The notes beneath the pieces are model-generated. The model ran no database searches, was not told where the DNA came from, and saw only the letters and a program-made list of their open reading frames with translations. The position numbers were made by a program, and so were the translations under genes. From Phoronis australis (Eukaryota; Animalia; Phoronida), in assembly GCA_002633005.1 (NCBI GenBank), contig NMRA01000194.1:1-64000 (forward strand): 64,000 nt of DNA, written 5' to 3'. Positions 49,426-63,500 of this stretch are shown in pieces. How positions within the stretch are numbered: position 1 is the stretch's first letter; every line of letters begins with the position of its first letter.

Positions 49426-51891
49426 AAGCACATTTGCGGGATTTGTTCCTTTTGATGTTAGCTTGGCTAACAAGTTCAGTGATGGGTTGTTGTCAGTTTT
49501 GTCATAAATGGTCCAATACGATTTATTCATTTTTGGGAAAATCTGACGACTGGCCGGGTATGCCCCCTAGCAGTGGCGTCGAGAGTGGGACATGAAGACC
49601 ACAGCCCCTGGGCCCGCTGGCTAAGTAAAAACAAAGACAAAAACAGAAAGATAAAAAGTTTAATTTTCTTAAGGGTTTGAGCCATTTGGCTTCAGTTGGA
49701 CAAAGATGTAACCTCGAGATTCAAAACTAGAAGTGTCATGAGAAGAATTTCTCTTTCCTCAATTACGACTAATAATGGTGCAAAAGTCGAGACCATTACT
49801 CCTGATTTGCAGTCTTTTCTACTGAAACGATTTTTTGCAAATTTGTTAATTAAAAAATGTGCAGTTTTTAGGTTCCCTGATTTGTGGAAATTATAATCAC
49901 TCTCTATCACAATTTTGCTCTTTAGTTGCATTTGGTCACTGAGGTTGGGTGTCGTCCAAAGAATTTTGTCAGCTTTTCAATCCATGCACGCACTATGTCC
50001 ACGCATTGATTAGCCGTGCGTTTCCATTGTGGATTTCTTATTAGGTGTTGAGACACGCATGCACTACAAATATAATGTACAATGTCAGGTTATTAATAAA
50101 AACAATAACGGTTTTTGAACGGCTTGACATGTTTCGGTGTCATTTTAACACCGCTGTTATTTTTATTAATATATGCTGCTAGTGCCTAATCATAACTTCT
50201 TGATTCTCAAATTCATGTGGTCTACATTCGAGCCATGTTCTGCTCCGTTTTGTTCATTTCGCCAAGTTTTCGCGCTTTCATGTTTTGTTTTGCTGAAGTA
50301 CTTTCAACAATATTTTGATGACTGTTTATAGACTTGTGTTAGCAAACCACTTAACTACGTCGTGCTAAATGACTTTGTGATTCAGTGAATTAATTAGGTC
50401 AGTTACACAGCGTAACGTTATTTCTGAACATGTTATACACCTAATATTACGTGCATGGTATTACCGTGAGAGGTACTTTAATGTAATTTAATTGATTAAT
50501 AAAGTCTATATCAGAAATCTTTGTTTTTCTTTCACATTTTTTTAAAAAAGCGTTTTCCAATGTTAGTTCCTAGTGGCTAACGCTCGTCTGCCGTCACTGA
50601 GGCTGTACCGTGGGTGAAGGCAAAGAGATAAATTAAGCTTATTATGTATATAGCTCATTGGGTGAATGCCTCTCGGCTACAGAACTGTGCTTAATGTGTA
50701 TAATTCGTCTGCGATCTCGGCTCTCAAAAGTTCATAATACAAGTTTACTGCCGTGTAGTGTTGATTATTAGTGGAACGATGCCGTTCTCGGCACCGGCCA
50801 GGAAAGGGCCCCGACTACGTTGCCTTTCCTTGGTGCAAGCTGTATACTAAATATACAGCGGCCGTTGCACCGACGTGTGTTTCAGGAATGAGCTGTCAGG
50901 TTTTGAGACTTCGAAAAGACGCCTTTACACTCCCCTGTCGATGCCCATATCCCGTATCCCGTTGCCTTGCTGCTAAAGGTATCCGGCTGCTATTTGCTTT
51001 CGATCAGTATGGCGTCATGTTTTGGACTCAGTCAAATAAAAGTGAAATACGAAAATTAAAACGATAATAACCAGTGCAGATTTACGTACCATTGTAAATT
51101 ATTTGCACTTCGAAAAGTATTACCTGGCGGCGCTTTCACGGTTGCCTGGGAGCAAACAGTGGGTGCAGCTGTTGTGGGAACCCACCAATTATTTCAAACA
51201 CATATTTTTTTTCAATATGTCAATAACATATACTAATTTGCCCTCGTGTCTGCATGTTTCGAAAAAATCCTAGACCTGCGGCTAAGCATTTGTGGGTCCA
51301 AATCATGTCATAACAGCAGCGCTTTGAGCTACATCATCTCTAAATGCCAGAATTCTTTACCTCTGGATACCGCTTAGAAGTAATTTTAAATATTGTTGCT
51401 TCTCGTTGCAGTTCATGCATTCCCAGGTGAAAAAAGCCGTGGGGTTAATGACATCGGGGGTGACAATCCCCAAGTCAAGATTGGCAAAGTCATCGTACTG
51501 TTTTGATGAAGGTGTGGGCGATATTGTAAAGACCATTTGTCAAAAACATATAAATGCACACATTGGTGGTTTCATAAGAGGAGATGCGGACTAAAATGTG
51601 GAGACAAGTGATACTCAAACGAGAGGTGCCAATATGGGCTTGCCAGATAAACTTGCTGTTTTATCGTCTGCAGAAGGTTGTAGAGGATCCTCTGATAGAG
51701 GTGATAGCGGTTACGGGTGAAGACATTCCAGCGAATTGAGTTTTGGGTTATAATACCATTGTTCATCAACAGTATTTTTAAGATCATTTCAAACCTTATT
51801 TAGTGGCTTCCATTCTAACTCGTATATCAAAAACCAGGCTTTGTCAACTAATAAAAGTATACATTTTCTGAAATAAAAATATCGGGTATTA

Positions 51892-52413
51892 AAATACACA
51901 AAACGTACTGAGAGTGGCGCGCATGAAGTAATATCCCACTCGACCTTATTCGGCGTATCGACCTCGACTGAACAGTTTTATAAGTAACGATTTATTTCTT
52001 GAAAAGAGGTAGCAAAGATGAAAACAACGGCAACTGAGCAGTGAACTTGTAACATCTCCTGGAAATTGTTAAAAAACAACAATATTTGATATTTTAATTT
52101 CCTAGGAATCTGCGCCTGAGTTGCAGACGATATACTATTCAGCAATTGAAAACTGAGACATAAGTGTCTTATAATTAACAGTTTTGTTCCAGATTTTACG
52201 TTTAGGGCCTGGTTGCATGTCGAGTGTTAGTTACACTGTTGCAATTGTGCTACTTTAAACTATATTCGGAAAGTTTGATGATGGAACCGGCTGAAGACCT
52301 ACCTTCTGATCTTTCCATGTCAGAGGTCGCTGTTAAAGTAGTGCGGGAGGCGAATACGGAAAACTTTATTTCATGGCCGTATTTCCCTCGACAGATTCAA
52401 CGCGCGTGGGATA
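51892..52413 (+). repeat. Second copy of the 4453-5340 dispersed repeat
   Basis: Colinear shared blocks; lacks the nested MITE and most of the right palindrome arm. Confidence 0.75.
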
Positions 52414-53756
52414 GTATTTATGTGCCATTATTGCTATTACGTCAACACTTATTAAGTCAAATTTTCATTTTTAAGAAAGGTACATTCATAGCAAAGTAGA
52501 ACTTCGGTAGATTTCAATGAAACCTTTATTAAGTGAAAATTTCACCAATTATATCAAAAACCTGTTAGGGATTTTTTATTAGTCTTTAAGTTTGGTTTCT
52601 GAAAAATCAACCCCCAAAACGTAAGGTATTGTTTGTAAAAAACAGCAGTCGTATTCGTTTTTGTTACAAGTACGCAAAACTATGCCTTTATATCGAAAAT
52701 CCTAACAGCACAGTATTTTTGAGATTGTTGAATAAATATTAAGTTTGGAAAGTTTCAGCGATTTCCAACAGAGGGAGTATCTCATTACCAGCCACATATC
52801 ACATCAAAGTATCAAAGTAATCAATTTCCCCAAAATCTTGCGCCCTCCCCCACTCCCTTTAATGACTGTCATGCATAAGCTCATGGTGTCTAAACTAGTG
52901 AGTTAAGAGGTTTAAGCGAATTTTGACTTCAGAATATTCTTCCGGAAAAAATGTGTACCCGTCCAATGAGCCAAATGAAGTTCAAAATTGGACCTATTTC
53001 AATAAGCCACCCATTATTTTTGAAATATACACCCCATTTCAAAACCTGACAAGCTTACAGCATAAATACCCATATATATTCATATCATAACGGCTTCAAT
53101 GTTCTTTGAATATTCATCCATCAGTAAAAAGTCTCTTCTCGATCTCTCACCGTGGTCAAGCCGGCTTCGCTGCCTATTGACTGCTTTGCATGTCGATCAG
53201 TTTTCTTTTGAATATTGTCTGACCAGTCATTTACAACTGGGCTTCAAGTCACACGCTAATGGCATCAGACGGTCTATTTTGAAAAAAATATGTCGTATGA
53301 CGTACATGTATTTGGAGTAACGTCTCATTTTACATAGATCGGTGACATCTAATGTTGTAAATCTGAGGATCGCGATATAAGTCTGGAATGTTTAGCATTA
53401 CGGCATTTTCAATTCATTATGACGTTTTGGACCCAGTGTTACGGCATGTCAATTCTTATTTCCGGGTCCAAATTGTGTCATCTACTGCCATGACACGTAA
53501 TCACTAAACATATCCGAATAGTACAGGGGTAACATGTGTTATGTTCAAAGCAGCCCAGTGTCTCTAATATGCAATCTTCAGGGATCAAATTGGTGTCAAT
53601 TTGTAGGTAAAAGAGTTCAAATCTCAAACACAGTGCTTGGATTGCTCTCAACTTCAGCAGTTATCTTTTTAAATTACGTTTGATAACACGTCAAAATGCC
53701 CCAAAACAGTTTCCCTTCCTGGTACTGCCTTCCTGCTTCTACGGATCGTCAAAAAT

Positions 53757-54809
53757 ATGAAGCGTTGTCCATATCCTCTTTTAATCAAAGCACACCTCGT
53801 ATCCACAGACAACGGACTATACCATTTACTGAATCATACCGCTGCTGCCTCGACAGACGCGTCAAGTTATTTTGCAATTACCAGCGTTTTGGTTGTTCCA
53901 CCTCTTGGTATTGTTGGAAATTTTATTGCTTTGGCGGTGTTCGTCCGACGCAAACGGAACAAGTCAGTCGACGTATTTTTGATTAGTTTGACAATAGCGG
54001 ATATACTTGCTGAAGCGTGTATACTCTTATACCACGCTGAATTTAGCATAGTAGTACCTGCATTTTTGTCAAAGTACTCACTCGTGTTTTCATTTTCGTT
54101 TTGGCTGGAAAGATCGTCTTCTTTGTTATCTGCCTGGATATTAGCAGGGTTCTCATTAGATCGCCTGGTAGCTTTAGCATTCCCTTTCCACGCCGTGCGA
54201 TACTGCCGCAAAAAGGTCGCCGTTTGCTTCGTTTTGGCTACATGCGGCTGTTCTCTAGCTCTCAATATGTACGCGTTCTGGACTCAGGAATCGTCGCCTT
54301 ACCAGTGCAAAGTTCCTCCGTTATTTTCCGAGTTATTCTTAGTCATGGAATGGGTGCGATTGTTTTTGTATTCTGTCGTCCCCAGTGTTATCCTTATAAT
54401 CTTTAACTCAGTCGTTGTCTACTATTTGAAGATCAGTAACTCGCAGTTGAATGGCCAACATCGCTCTATCAACCCCGCCACGAAGACAGCTCCTCTCCTG
54501 TTGGCAGCTTCGGCGTTTTTTCTTCTGACGTCATTTCCGTTTGTTGTCATCAAGGTTTTGCTCCGTCTGAGCGACGATCTCGATAGTAAAACTCTCCACT
54601 TATATGTTTCTATATTCGTGCCAATAAACCACGCTGGAAACTTTTACGTCTACTGCTTGAGTGGAAAGAAGTTTAAAGAAGATCTTAAAAGTATGTGCAA
54701 ATCAATGATTTCGAGGGACACTCGAACCATTGTCATTTCTGGAAACATTTCTAACGAATCTCACCAGTCGCCAGAAATCAACCCGTCCTCCACGACGTCA
54801 AGAACTTGA
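53757..54809 (+). CDS. Single-exon class A (rhodopsin-like) GPCR, FMRFamide-receptor/GPR139-142-like group, 350 aa
   Basis: Seven hydrophobic segments; GIVGN (TM1), LTIAD (TM2), SAWILAGFSLDRLVALAFP (TM3), VVPS (TM5), SFPF (TM6), NHAGNFYVYCLSGKKFK (TM7/H8); N-terminal NHT sequon. Confidence 0.92.
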   Translation: MKRCPYPLLIKAHLVSTDNGLYHLLNHTAAASTDASSYFAITSVLVVPPLGIVGNFIALAVFVRRKRNKSVDVFLISLTIADILAEACILLYHAEFSIVVPAFLSKYSLVFSFSFWLERSSSLLSAWILAGFSLDRLVALAFPFHAVRYCRKKVAVCFVLATCGCSLALNMYAFWTQESSPYQCKVPPLFSELFLVMEWVRLFLYSVVPSVILIIFNSVVVYYLKISNSQLNGQHRSINPATKTAPLLLAASAFFLLTSFPFVVIKVLLRLSDDLDSKTLHLYVSIFVPINHAGNFYVYCLSGKKFKEDLKSMCKSMISRDTRTIVISGNISNESHQSPEINPSSTTSRT

Positions 54810-56487
54810 TATCCGACATCACCGTGAGCCATTCTTGAAAAATCTCCTTCCACGATAACGTTGTTTTCCTTGTGATCAAGAACGTGTGCAGCCTAAGATT
54901 TTAAAATCTCAGTTCTAGTTTTAGTTAATAGGCTATCTGGACGCCTAACAGAAAGTTATAATCTGCTACGGTTTACAAAATATATCGACAAATGTCGAGG
55001 GAAATATGAGGATGTAATGTAACCGAGTAAGTTCAAATGGATATATAATTAGTATCATTATTCAAATATGGACCGATACTGAGGGTGATTTCGGGTCACA
55101 TGACCTGATATGCCCGACGGAATGGTATACGAGTGATGATACACCCATTGATGCCTTTTGCTCTGATTTTTTGTCACGTTAGTTGACATGTTCTTTACTG
55201 CTTTGATACACTGGCAGCCTTTGCTGGTTTTGATTTCAGAAGTTTATGGTTTCAGCCGTTTGATTGATTAATCCGCAAATGACCCCATCTAACTTCCTAG
55301 CGGTATGACTGAAAAGTGACATTCCATGATATTACCTCATAAAGAAGTTATCGAACCGTGTTTAGCCAATCACGGCAAGTAAGTATCATTGGTCGTGCAA
55401 ATAACAAGACATAAATTATTTGGAACCCGAAAATTTTTCAAATGAAAATTCCCCTGTAATTACTCTAATGTAACAATGTGGGACTCATGAGTGAGTACAG
55501 GGGCCCTCTTACTGCCGGGGGCAGATACAACGTATCCACCAGGGGACCCACGGCCCTCTTAATACCGGGGGCAGCCTCAACGTGTATCAACGCGGTTCTA
55601 AACTGTTCTCTTTTCTGGTTTCCCATTATATACGTAAGAAAAGAATTGTACAGCAGGTTTATGTACATGAGTGTATTAAAGTAAATTTAAGGGTGTCAAC
55701 ACATCAAGCTCATAGACTATTCGATGCGTCTGAGCAACTTGATGCGACGAGCCGGGAACAGCAGGTAAAGGGCAAGCCCCACAACATTTTGTCCCTCCTC
55801 TTGGCAGTACTGTTCAAGTTCACATTGCTACCTCAGAATTGAGATGATCTGGTTCAGCATCTCCTGCTCAAACAGTTACAGTTTGTTCAGAATGTCACAA
55901 CAACTTTTGCGAGAGAATTTGGTTTGTTCCCCCGAGTAAAGTTAATAGGTACAGGTTTAACGGATCTTTTGGAAAATACTAAAAGAAAGTGTCAAACCGC
56001 TTTGTTAATACCCTTTCTATTTACAATGCATGTAAGTGGATTTTATTGAACGTCACTGCAATTGACGTACTTCTGTGAATGAAAACATTAGAGAGGTTCT
56101 CGTACATTTGTACCCTGACGATCTTGCAGAGTGCGCTGGAACAGCATGGCGGTTGCAAAAACATAATGATACGTTACATAAATATGTCTGGACTTTGGCA
56201 TGTAAGTATGCTAAATTTAAAGTCAAAAGTCGCGGTCATTAGAAATGGCGGCCATTGGCGTCATAAGACATGGTTCTTTGGCAACTAATAAATTCACGGT
56301 GTACTACGTGTTTGGATTGGTCATGAGGAGTACAGCATCATGAGCAAAATCGGCAAAAATTCCCCGACACGGCGTAATAATGAGATGGTTTACTTAGTTA
56401 ACGTTTTCCAATGAAACTGTGGGCATGCACTCAATGGAAAAGTAGTCGTTGAATGTGATTTTAATTACAGTAATAGGTACATCTTAA

Positions 56488-58162
56488 AGTCCTTCTCTCA
56501 CGCGTTGTTAACCCTTATTACATGGTTAGAAGATGTTATAAGGATCCAAGAAGTACCTACCCCATAACTAATACACTATCCGTACTCAAGAACAGTTTAA
56601 ATGAACGCGCCACTCACGATTCGCACCCGAAGAAACACCGCCATTTTGAACTTGCCGCGAACCCGGAAGTACAATTCATTCAGGAACCCAGGCCGAGAAA
56701 ACGCCGTCAGTGCGACTGGAGCAGTGCCTGTACTGTTACCAGCCAGCAAACGGGGATAAAAAAATCGACAGCGCGCCTTAATTTTGATAAAATCAAACTA
56801 CGGACAATTTTATGGAATTTGCTGAAGAAATGTGGCGAATAAATTTTGACAGAAATTATTTTGCCAGACTCGGGACCGCAGCCTATCGGACCCGGTGCGG
56901 ATCGAGACCAGACACTGGCGAACGGTAAATGCATGCGGTTGCAAGCTGTTTTGTCGAAGTAAAATGGTCAAATGATAAATGCTGCATATATTCAAGGGTA
57001 GTTTCAGACACTTGCATGAAATTACGGGCTGGTTAGTCCTGTGTCACACTGCCGCGGCAGACCTTAGTTAGCCTCAGTCACCAGCTACCAGTGAAGACTA
57101 TAGTCAAAATACAGCTTGTTAGTAGGCCTATACAGCTTTGCGCCAAGACTACCCTTAGGCCTAACTGGTCGCTGGCCACAAACACAAAAAACACGAAAAT
57201 TGAACAAAGTTTCTTTTTTGTAGCAACGTTTGTCAAAATGTATCAACGTTAAATCTTCACAAATTACAAAGTAGCCGATTGAACATGCCTTTCAGTTCAG
57301 CAAAAGTCGACATTGTAGGTGCCGCCAGAAATGAGACGAAGTCCAACGGGAATTGTGAGCACATTTATCACTTAATGAGTAAGAACTGCGAGGCTGAAAT
57401 TTGGTGAACACTGCTAAATCGTGCAGAATAGTAAGTAAAGATATGTCTAACTAAATTTCACCGTAATTTGTTGGCGAAAACATTACACAAAGTTTTAAAC
57501 TCGTAACTCATCCCGCTGTCCTCCAATATGGCCGACGCGATCCAAACAAAGTGACCCAAATTTCGCCACAAAACTTGCAATAACTTTACAGTGCTTGTTC
57601 AGATTTTGATACTTTTTCGATTTTTACTGAGTAGAATGTACTACCTTTCCGATGATAGCAAAGTACTTTTTTCAAAACGAGGAAAAAAATAAAACCGAAA
57701 AAAATTGGTTCGACCCATATTGGTTCCTAGGTACGACCCGCCTACGTAAGGAACTAAACACCAATGCTATTTTAACATACTAAGTACGCGTAACATTCCA
57801 AAAAAATCAACGACCACTAACTACGAACTATAAATACACTACATATGCAAACGAATCACGATATATTACCAATAAAACAAAATAATGAAGACTTTTCGAG
57901 CAAGCCATAGCACATTCAGTTACAAGGAAAAAATGGCGGCGTTCAGGAAAAGTTCCTGAACTGATGAGCCGGAAATGTGGGTACGGAAATAACCGATGAC
58001 AACCGGTAAACATACGCTCAGAGAGAAGGGTCAAATACTGTTAAAAAATCGCTTTTGGCAACAAAAGCGAAAAGAATATAAAGAAAGGGTGTCGAAAATA
58101 AGAATTTATGTAGTAAGTATTTTCGGATACTGGAACCACATGGGCAGTTTGCAAGAAGGACT
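56488..58162 (+). mobile_element. Complete 1675-bp non-autonomous Kolobok-type element
   Basis: TTAA|AGTCCTTCT...AGAAGGACT|TTAA (TTAA TSD with AG...CT termini); second copy at 2178-3710. Confidence 0.88.
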
Positions 58163-58892
58163 TTAATACCATAGACCTGGCGCACGCGCTACTGCAGCTG
58201 ACAACTTGACGTCATATTGGAGAGTGCTACTAGTCACGTGACAGCTGTGTAAACCAACGGGGCAAATTGCTGTTTTAGAAACGCAATATCTAACAAATAA
58301 AGAGGCGGAAGAGTGTGATTTTTCCAGTAACATAAAAATCATGTGATGTCGCACTTTCATGCATTTTTAAGTGTCAATCAGTGGATAGGGAAAATATCAA
58401 ACTAATAGAAGATCACAACCAGTGGTAGATTCTCGAATTGTCTGAGCGGCTGCACGCTTGCTATCCACTGCCAGCGTTTTATCATGAGAAACCAGTAAGA
58501 TCGCGCAAATTTATCATTTAATTCGTATCGCACGATGCAAATTCATCATATCCAGGAGACGTGGTGCTCACTTGGGACGTACTTTTGTTGTGCCCTAATA
58601 AGCCTTAATTTTCAGTGTTAAAAATGACCCCGGGTAACTACGTAAAATTAAAATACGACCCAGGTCACATTTAATGGGAGGTCTAAATTTAATGTGAACT
58701 ATTGTGAAAAATGACCTCATTGGAGTCATGTAGATAAATGACAGGCTTTTAAAGTGCATTAAGGAGTTCTCCCGTTCCGTGACTTTACCAGACGTACAGC
58801 GGCTGTGAGCGTGTGATAACATCTACCCCTTTTGTCAACTGCCGAGCATAGTCTTTTGTCTGGTATGACAACATGCAGATCATAATCTACCA

Positions 58893-58945
58893 GATGTAAC
58901 AAGTGGCGCTTCGGATGTAACAAGTGGCGCTTCGAAACATGGCGG
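58893..58945 (+). repeat. Perfect 21-bp tandem duplication followed by YY1-like AAACATGGCGG, at the likely 5' end of the LINE
   Basis: GATGTAACAAGTGGCGCTTCG x2 (58893-58934), ~60 bp upstream of ORF1. Confidence 0.65.
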
Positions 58946-59002
58946 GTGTGTTTTAGAATTCGAGAACATAGCCTGCAAAAATATCAGCCCTAAAGCCTAA
59001 CC

Positions 59003-59743
59003 ATGGAAGCGAACACATTTATTCAAGGCATGAAATCTGCACTCAAGGACTCGGATATAAAGGGACTGTTCATAGAAATGTTTGAACGTACTCTCAATGA
59101 AGCCTGTCTTCACCTAACCGAGGGGTTCGAAGATATGCTACAGAAACAACAGGACGAAATTGACAGTCTGAATAGAAAGGTGAGCGAACTGGAGGAGCGT
59201 TTACGAGACGACAGCGAGCAATATTCCAGACGAAACTGCCTGATAATATACGGTGTAGAGGAAAATAAGGGGGAGAACACTGATGAGCTAGCCTTAAGCA
59301 TAGCCAAGAAGTTGGAAGTTGACCTGTCTGTAACTGAATTAGACCGCACCCACAGGCTGGGTGCTTTTAACAGAGATGCCAGGGGTAAACCTAGACCGAT
59401 CATCGCTAAGTTTACTAGTTATCGTAAGCGAACAGAATTTCTGAAGAAAAGATCGACACTTGCGGTTAAACAGATGGATCAAGGGCGTGCCTCGGTGCGA
59501 AAAATATATATCAATGAAAATCTCGCAAAGAGGAAAGCTGCTATTTTTGCAGAGTGTCGCAGATTAGTGAAACAGGGACACATCAAGTCGGCATACGTGA
59601 GAGATGGGAAGATCTTCCTCAAGAAGATGAATGATTCTTATCAAGAAATGATGCGAATGGAACAAGTAAACGAGTTTGTGGAAGGTCTTTGGAAGAGTCA
59701 GCGCCAGACGCCAACGCCTGAACGGGTGTTGAACTGTGAGTAA
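59003..59743 (+). CDS. Non-LTR retrotransposon ORF1 (coiled coil + L1 ORF1p-type RRM/CTD), 246 aa, open
   Basis: Heptad region, then EQYSRRNCLIIYGVEE, LDRTHRLG, PRPIIAKF, IYINENL, RDGKIF. Confidence 0.88.
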   Translation: MEANTFIQGMKSALKDSDIKGLFIEMFERTLNEACLHLTEGFEDMLQKQQDEIDSLNRKVSELEERLRDDSEQYSRRNCLIIYGVEENKGENTDELALSIAKKLEVDLSVTELDRTHRLGAFNRDARGKPRPIIAKFTSYRKRTEFLKKRSTLAVKQMDQGRASVRKIYINENLAKRKAAIFAECRRLVKQGHIKSAYVRDGKIFLKKMNDSYQEMMRMEQVNEFVEGLWKSQRQTPTPERVLNCE

Positions 59744-60513
59744 AATGACGGCGTATGGTTAATTAATATAGGTAGTTGTGCGGAATTGGGTTAATATTTT
59801 AAGCGGCTTTTAAATGTTTTGCATTAAATGCGTTTGCGTAGACTGATATCAGTGTTATCTCGTAATAAGATACTAGTACTTTTACATGTATTTCATGTTA
59901 ATCTGGTGTTTCAGTTTCTCTATTCAGCTATCGGCTGATTTAATTGTTTTTTTAAAGTTTTTTGTTCCTATTTGAATCTTCCTGGGCTAGTTATCTCTTG
60001 TAATTACGAGCTTTAAACTGTTTTTTTGTGCCAATGCTGAACATCTGGTAGTAACTAAATCAGGGTTGTAAACAATGGCTTGTGCTCTAATGCAGTGTGT
60101 TTCATTCGGAGCGCTTCTATTGTTCTTCTATTGTTCTTCCTTTGGATTGCCATTCCATGGGGTATACCTTTATAACTACAGTAACTAGTCAAATACCCAG
60201 GGCTTTAGCATGCATAGGATGACTGTCGATGCGTGCTGCCTTCTCAGATTCAGGGCTCCTGCTGTCTGCGGTATATGTTGTGGGTGCTGTTACAGCTCAC
60301 TCATTTAGTGCTTGTTTTTCTCCTTTGTCTTGATAGCTTTTTGTCCATTGTGTTTCTTCTCTTATACGAGTTTTTATGTTCAAGGCTGTGCAAATATTCA
60401 CTGGTAGCATGTGCAGAAAAATTAATCAATCCAATTAAATACGTTAAATGTTTAATGTCACTGAGAGCAGTACTTGAATTTAGTCGTAGTCCACGAATTA
60501 AATTTCAACAAGA

Positions 60514-63500
60514 ATGGAAATTAAAATACTTTTTTTAAACTGTCAGGGACTTGGAGATTCCGAGAAAAGACTTGATGTTCTAAAGTACCTTAAAGATAAG
60601 TTATACAATATTTATTGTCTTCAAGATACCCATTTTGTGAAGGCTTTGGAGGATCAAGTCCAATTACAGTGGGGATTTTCCTGCTTTTCAGTTCATTCAA
60701 GAGCAATGCAAGAGGAGTTGCAATAATGCTGAGTAATAATTTTGAACATCAAATACACGGTTGGAGAAGCGACAAAAGTGGGAATTATATATTACTTGAT
60801 ATAACAATGGAGGGAGAGAGAAATACGCTTGTAAACTTGTATGGACCAAACGAGGACAAACCTGACTTTTTTCGAACCTTTTTAATGAAATTGAGGAGTT
60901 GGATAATGAAAAAATTATTACATGTGGGGATTTCAATCTTGTTTTAGACCAGTATAAAGACACGCGATACTATAATAATCAAAATGCCAGTGAGAAATTA
61001 AAAGAACAAATGCAAATGTGGGATCTCGTAGATCCATCTCGGGAATTCCACCCGAATTTAAACCGTTATACATGGAGACGCAAAAACCCTATAAAGCAGG
61101 CGAGACTGGACTTTTTCTTACTTTCAAAAAATTTACTTCACTGTGTGTGTAAAATTAACATAATAAACAGTTACAGATCCGATCATCCAGGTGTCCTACT
61201 GAGTGTTAAATTAAAAGAAATTTTAAGAGGGAAAGGCCTTTGGAAATTTAACAATTCTCTGTTGGATGACTTGGAATATACTAAAAAGATTTAAGAAAAA
61301 ATTACTGGGGTAAAACGTCAGTATGCTGTTCCAGTTTACAATTATCAAATGATCGATACAATTTCTAACAGTGAAATTCAATTCGTAATTAATGACCAGT
61401 TATTCTTAGACGTTCTGTTTATGGAAATCCGTAACACCACTATAGACTACTCAATAAGAAAGAAGAAAAAAACACATCAATTATGAACGTGTTTTAGAAG
61501 AAGCCATTAACAGGCTGGAAAGCAAAGACAACCTGACTGAAGGTGATCTGACAACTTTAGAAGAAAAAAAGACCCATTTACAAGAATTAAGAAGAAAAAC
61601 TTTGAAGGGCTATGTTGTCCGATCAAGAGCAAACTGGATTGAAAGTGGAGAACGCCCGACCAAATATTTTGCAACTTAGAATCATGGAATTTTTTTAGTA
61701 AACTGATTTATGCTATAGAAACAGAAGAAGGAGAAACTATTACGGATCAAAAGGAAATTTTATGCGAGACGATTTTTTTTAAGAAATTATATTCTTCGAG
61801 GTCTGAGAGCGAAGAAATGTTGAATAATGTACTTAGACATTGTCGGTTCCCGGTACTTTCGGAGTTGGAGGGAATCCAACTAGAAAATGAAATTAATATT
61901 GATGAATTATTTGAGGTTTTAAAAAATACAAAAAAATGAGAAAATTTCAGGCTCAGATGGCTTTACGATGGAATTTTTGAAGTTCTTTTGGGAAGACATA
62001 AAATATTTTGTATTGCGGCACATTAAATGTAGTTTCAAAAAGGGACAAATGTCCACAACTCAACGGACTGGGATTATTACATGTATTCCAAAACCAGACA
62101 GGCCGAAACAGTTTTTGAAAAACTGGCGACCAATAACTTTACTGAATAGTGTATACAAAGTGGCTTCGGGATGCGTTGCAAACAGAATTAAAAAAGTCCT
62201 AGATAAACTGATTTCAAATACCCAAACTGGATTTATTAAAGGAAGATTCATGGCTGAGAACACAAGACTAATTTATGATATTATGAGGTATACAGACAAA
62301 TACAACATTCCAGGACTACTTGTGTTGATAGATTTTGAGAAGGCTTTTGATAGTGTTTCCTGGGACTTTATATTCAAAGTCCTGAATAATTTCAATTTCA
62401 AAGCCAATATTATTCGATATATAAGAACTTTTTATAATAAACCAATTGCCCGTGTCATACAAAATGGATTTCTGTCAGACAACTTCATACTAGAACGCGG
62501 ATGTCGACAAGGTGATCCTCTCTCCCCTTATATTTTTATACTGTGTGCTGAAATTTTGTCCATATTGTTTAAACATGATCCTGACGTGAAAGGTATTAAA
62601 ATCGGCGACGAAAACTTCGTTATAACACAATACGCAGATGACACAACTTTCACGTTAGACGGAACTCCAAGATCCCTGGCAGCACTTATGAATAACCTAG
62701 AGTTCTATGCAGGGATGTCGGGGCTGAAGAAAAACTATTCTAAGACAAAAGTAGTGTGGATTGGAAGTAGAAAATTCTCTCAAGAAGTGTTTCACCGCAC
62801 GCGTTGGAAACTAAAATGGGGTGACGTTGATTTTAAGCTTCTGGGTATTAATTTCAGCGTGAACTTGGATACCATGTCCAAAGATAACTTCGATGCAAAA
62901 ATAATGGAAATGAAGAGTCTGATTAATATATGGCCTCGTAGAAAGCTGACTATCTTTGCGAAGGTCACAGTATTAAAAACACTTGTGCTTCCAAAAATTA
63001 TAGATCTGCTAATGCTGCTACCAAGTCCCAATGATATTACTTTCAGAGATATTGAAACTTTGTTTTTTAAATTCATTTGGGACGGAAAACCTGATAAAAT
63101 AAAAAGAGGAGTACTCATTAAATCCATAGAAGAGGGTGGAATGATGATGATTGATGTCAAAAAATTTAAGATGTCTTTAAAAATTTCATGGATTAGAAGA
63201 TTCTTTTTAACAACATCCCCATGGACTTATTTGTTGCAAAAAGATATCGGGCTTACTAGAGATGGAATGTTGAACTATGGAGACTATAGATTAACTAGAT
63301 CGGATAATTGTAACTCTTTTTGGGCAGAATGCCTCCAGTATTGGAGCCTTTTAATTCACAAACTATTTCAGGTCACGAAGATGCGGTGTTAATTAATGTG
63401 TGGGCCAACAGTAGTATAACGGTGGAATACAGCCCTTGTATTTATGAGTCATTCGTTGAAAATGGTAGAATATTTGTGAACGATTTTTTAGACTGGAATG

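Noticed and set aside
51400-51820. Possible LTR-retrotransposon integrase remnant on the minus strand (AHIGTSRL...)
   Set aside because: Too few motif residues across shifted frames to support by eye; needs a frameshift-aware search.
53696-54406. ORFs overlapping the GPCR (53696+, 53867-, 54101+)
   Set aside because: Shadow frames of a real CDS with no recognisable features.
2178-58162. Segmental duplication linking 2-5 kb with 52-58 kb
   Set aside because: The two shared blocks are in swapped order and one has its own TIRs and TTAA TSD; independent insertions explain it.
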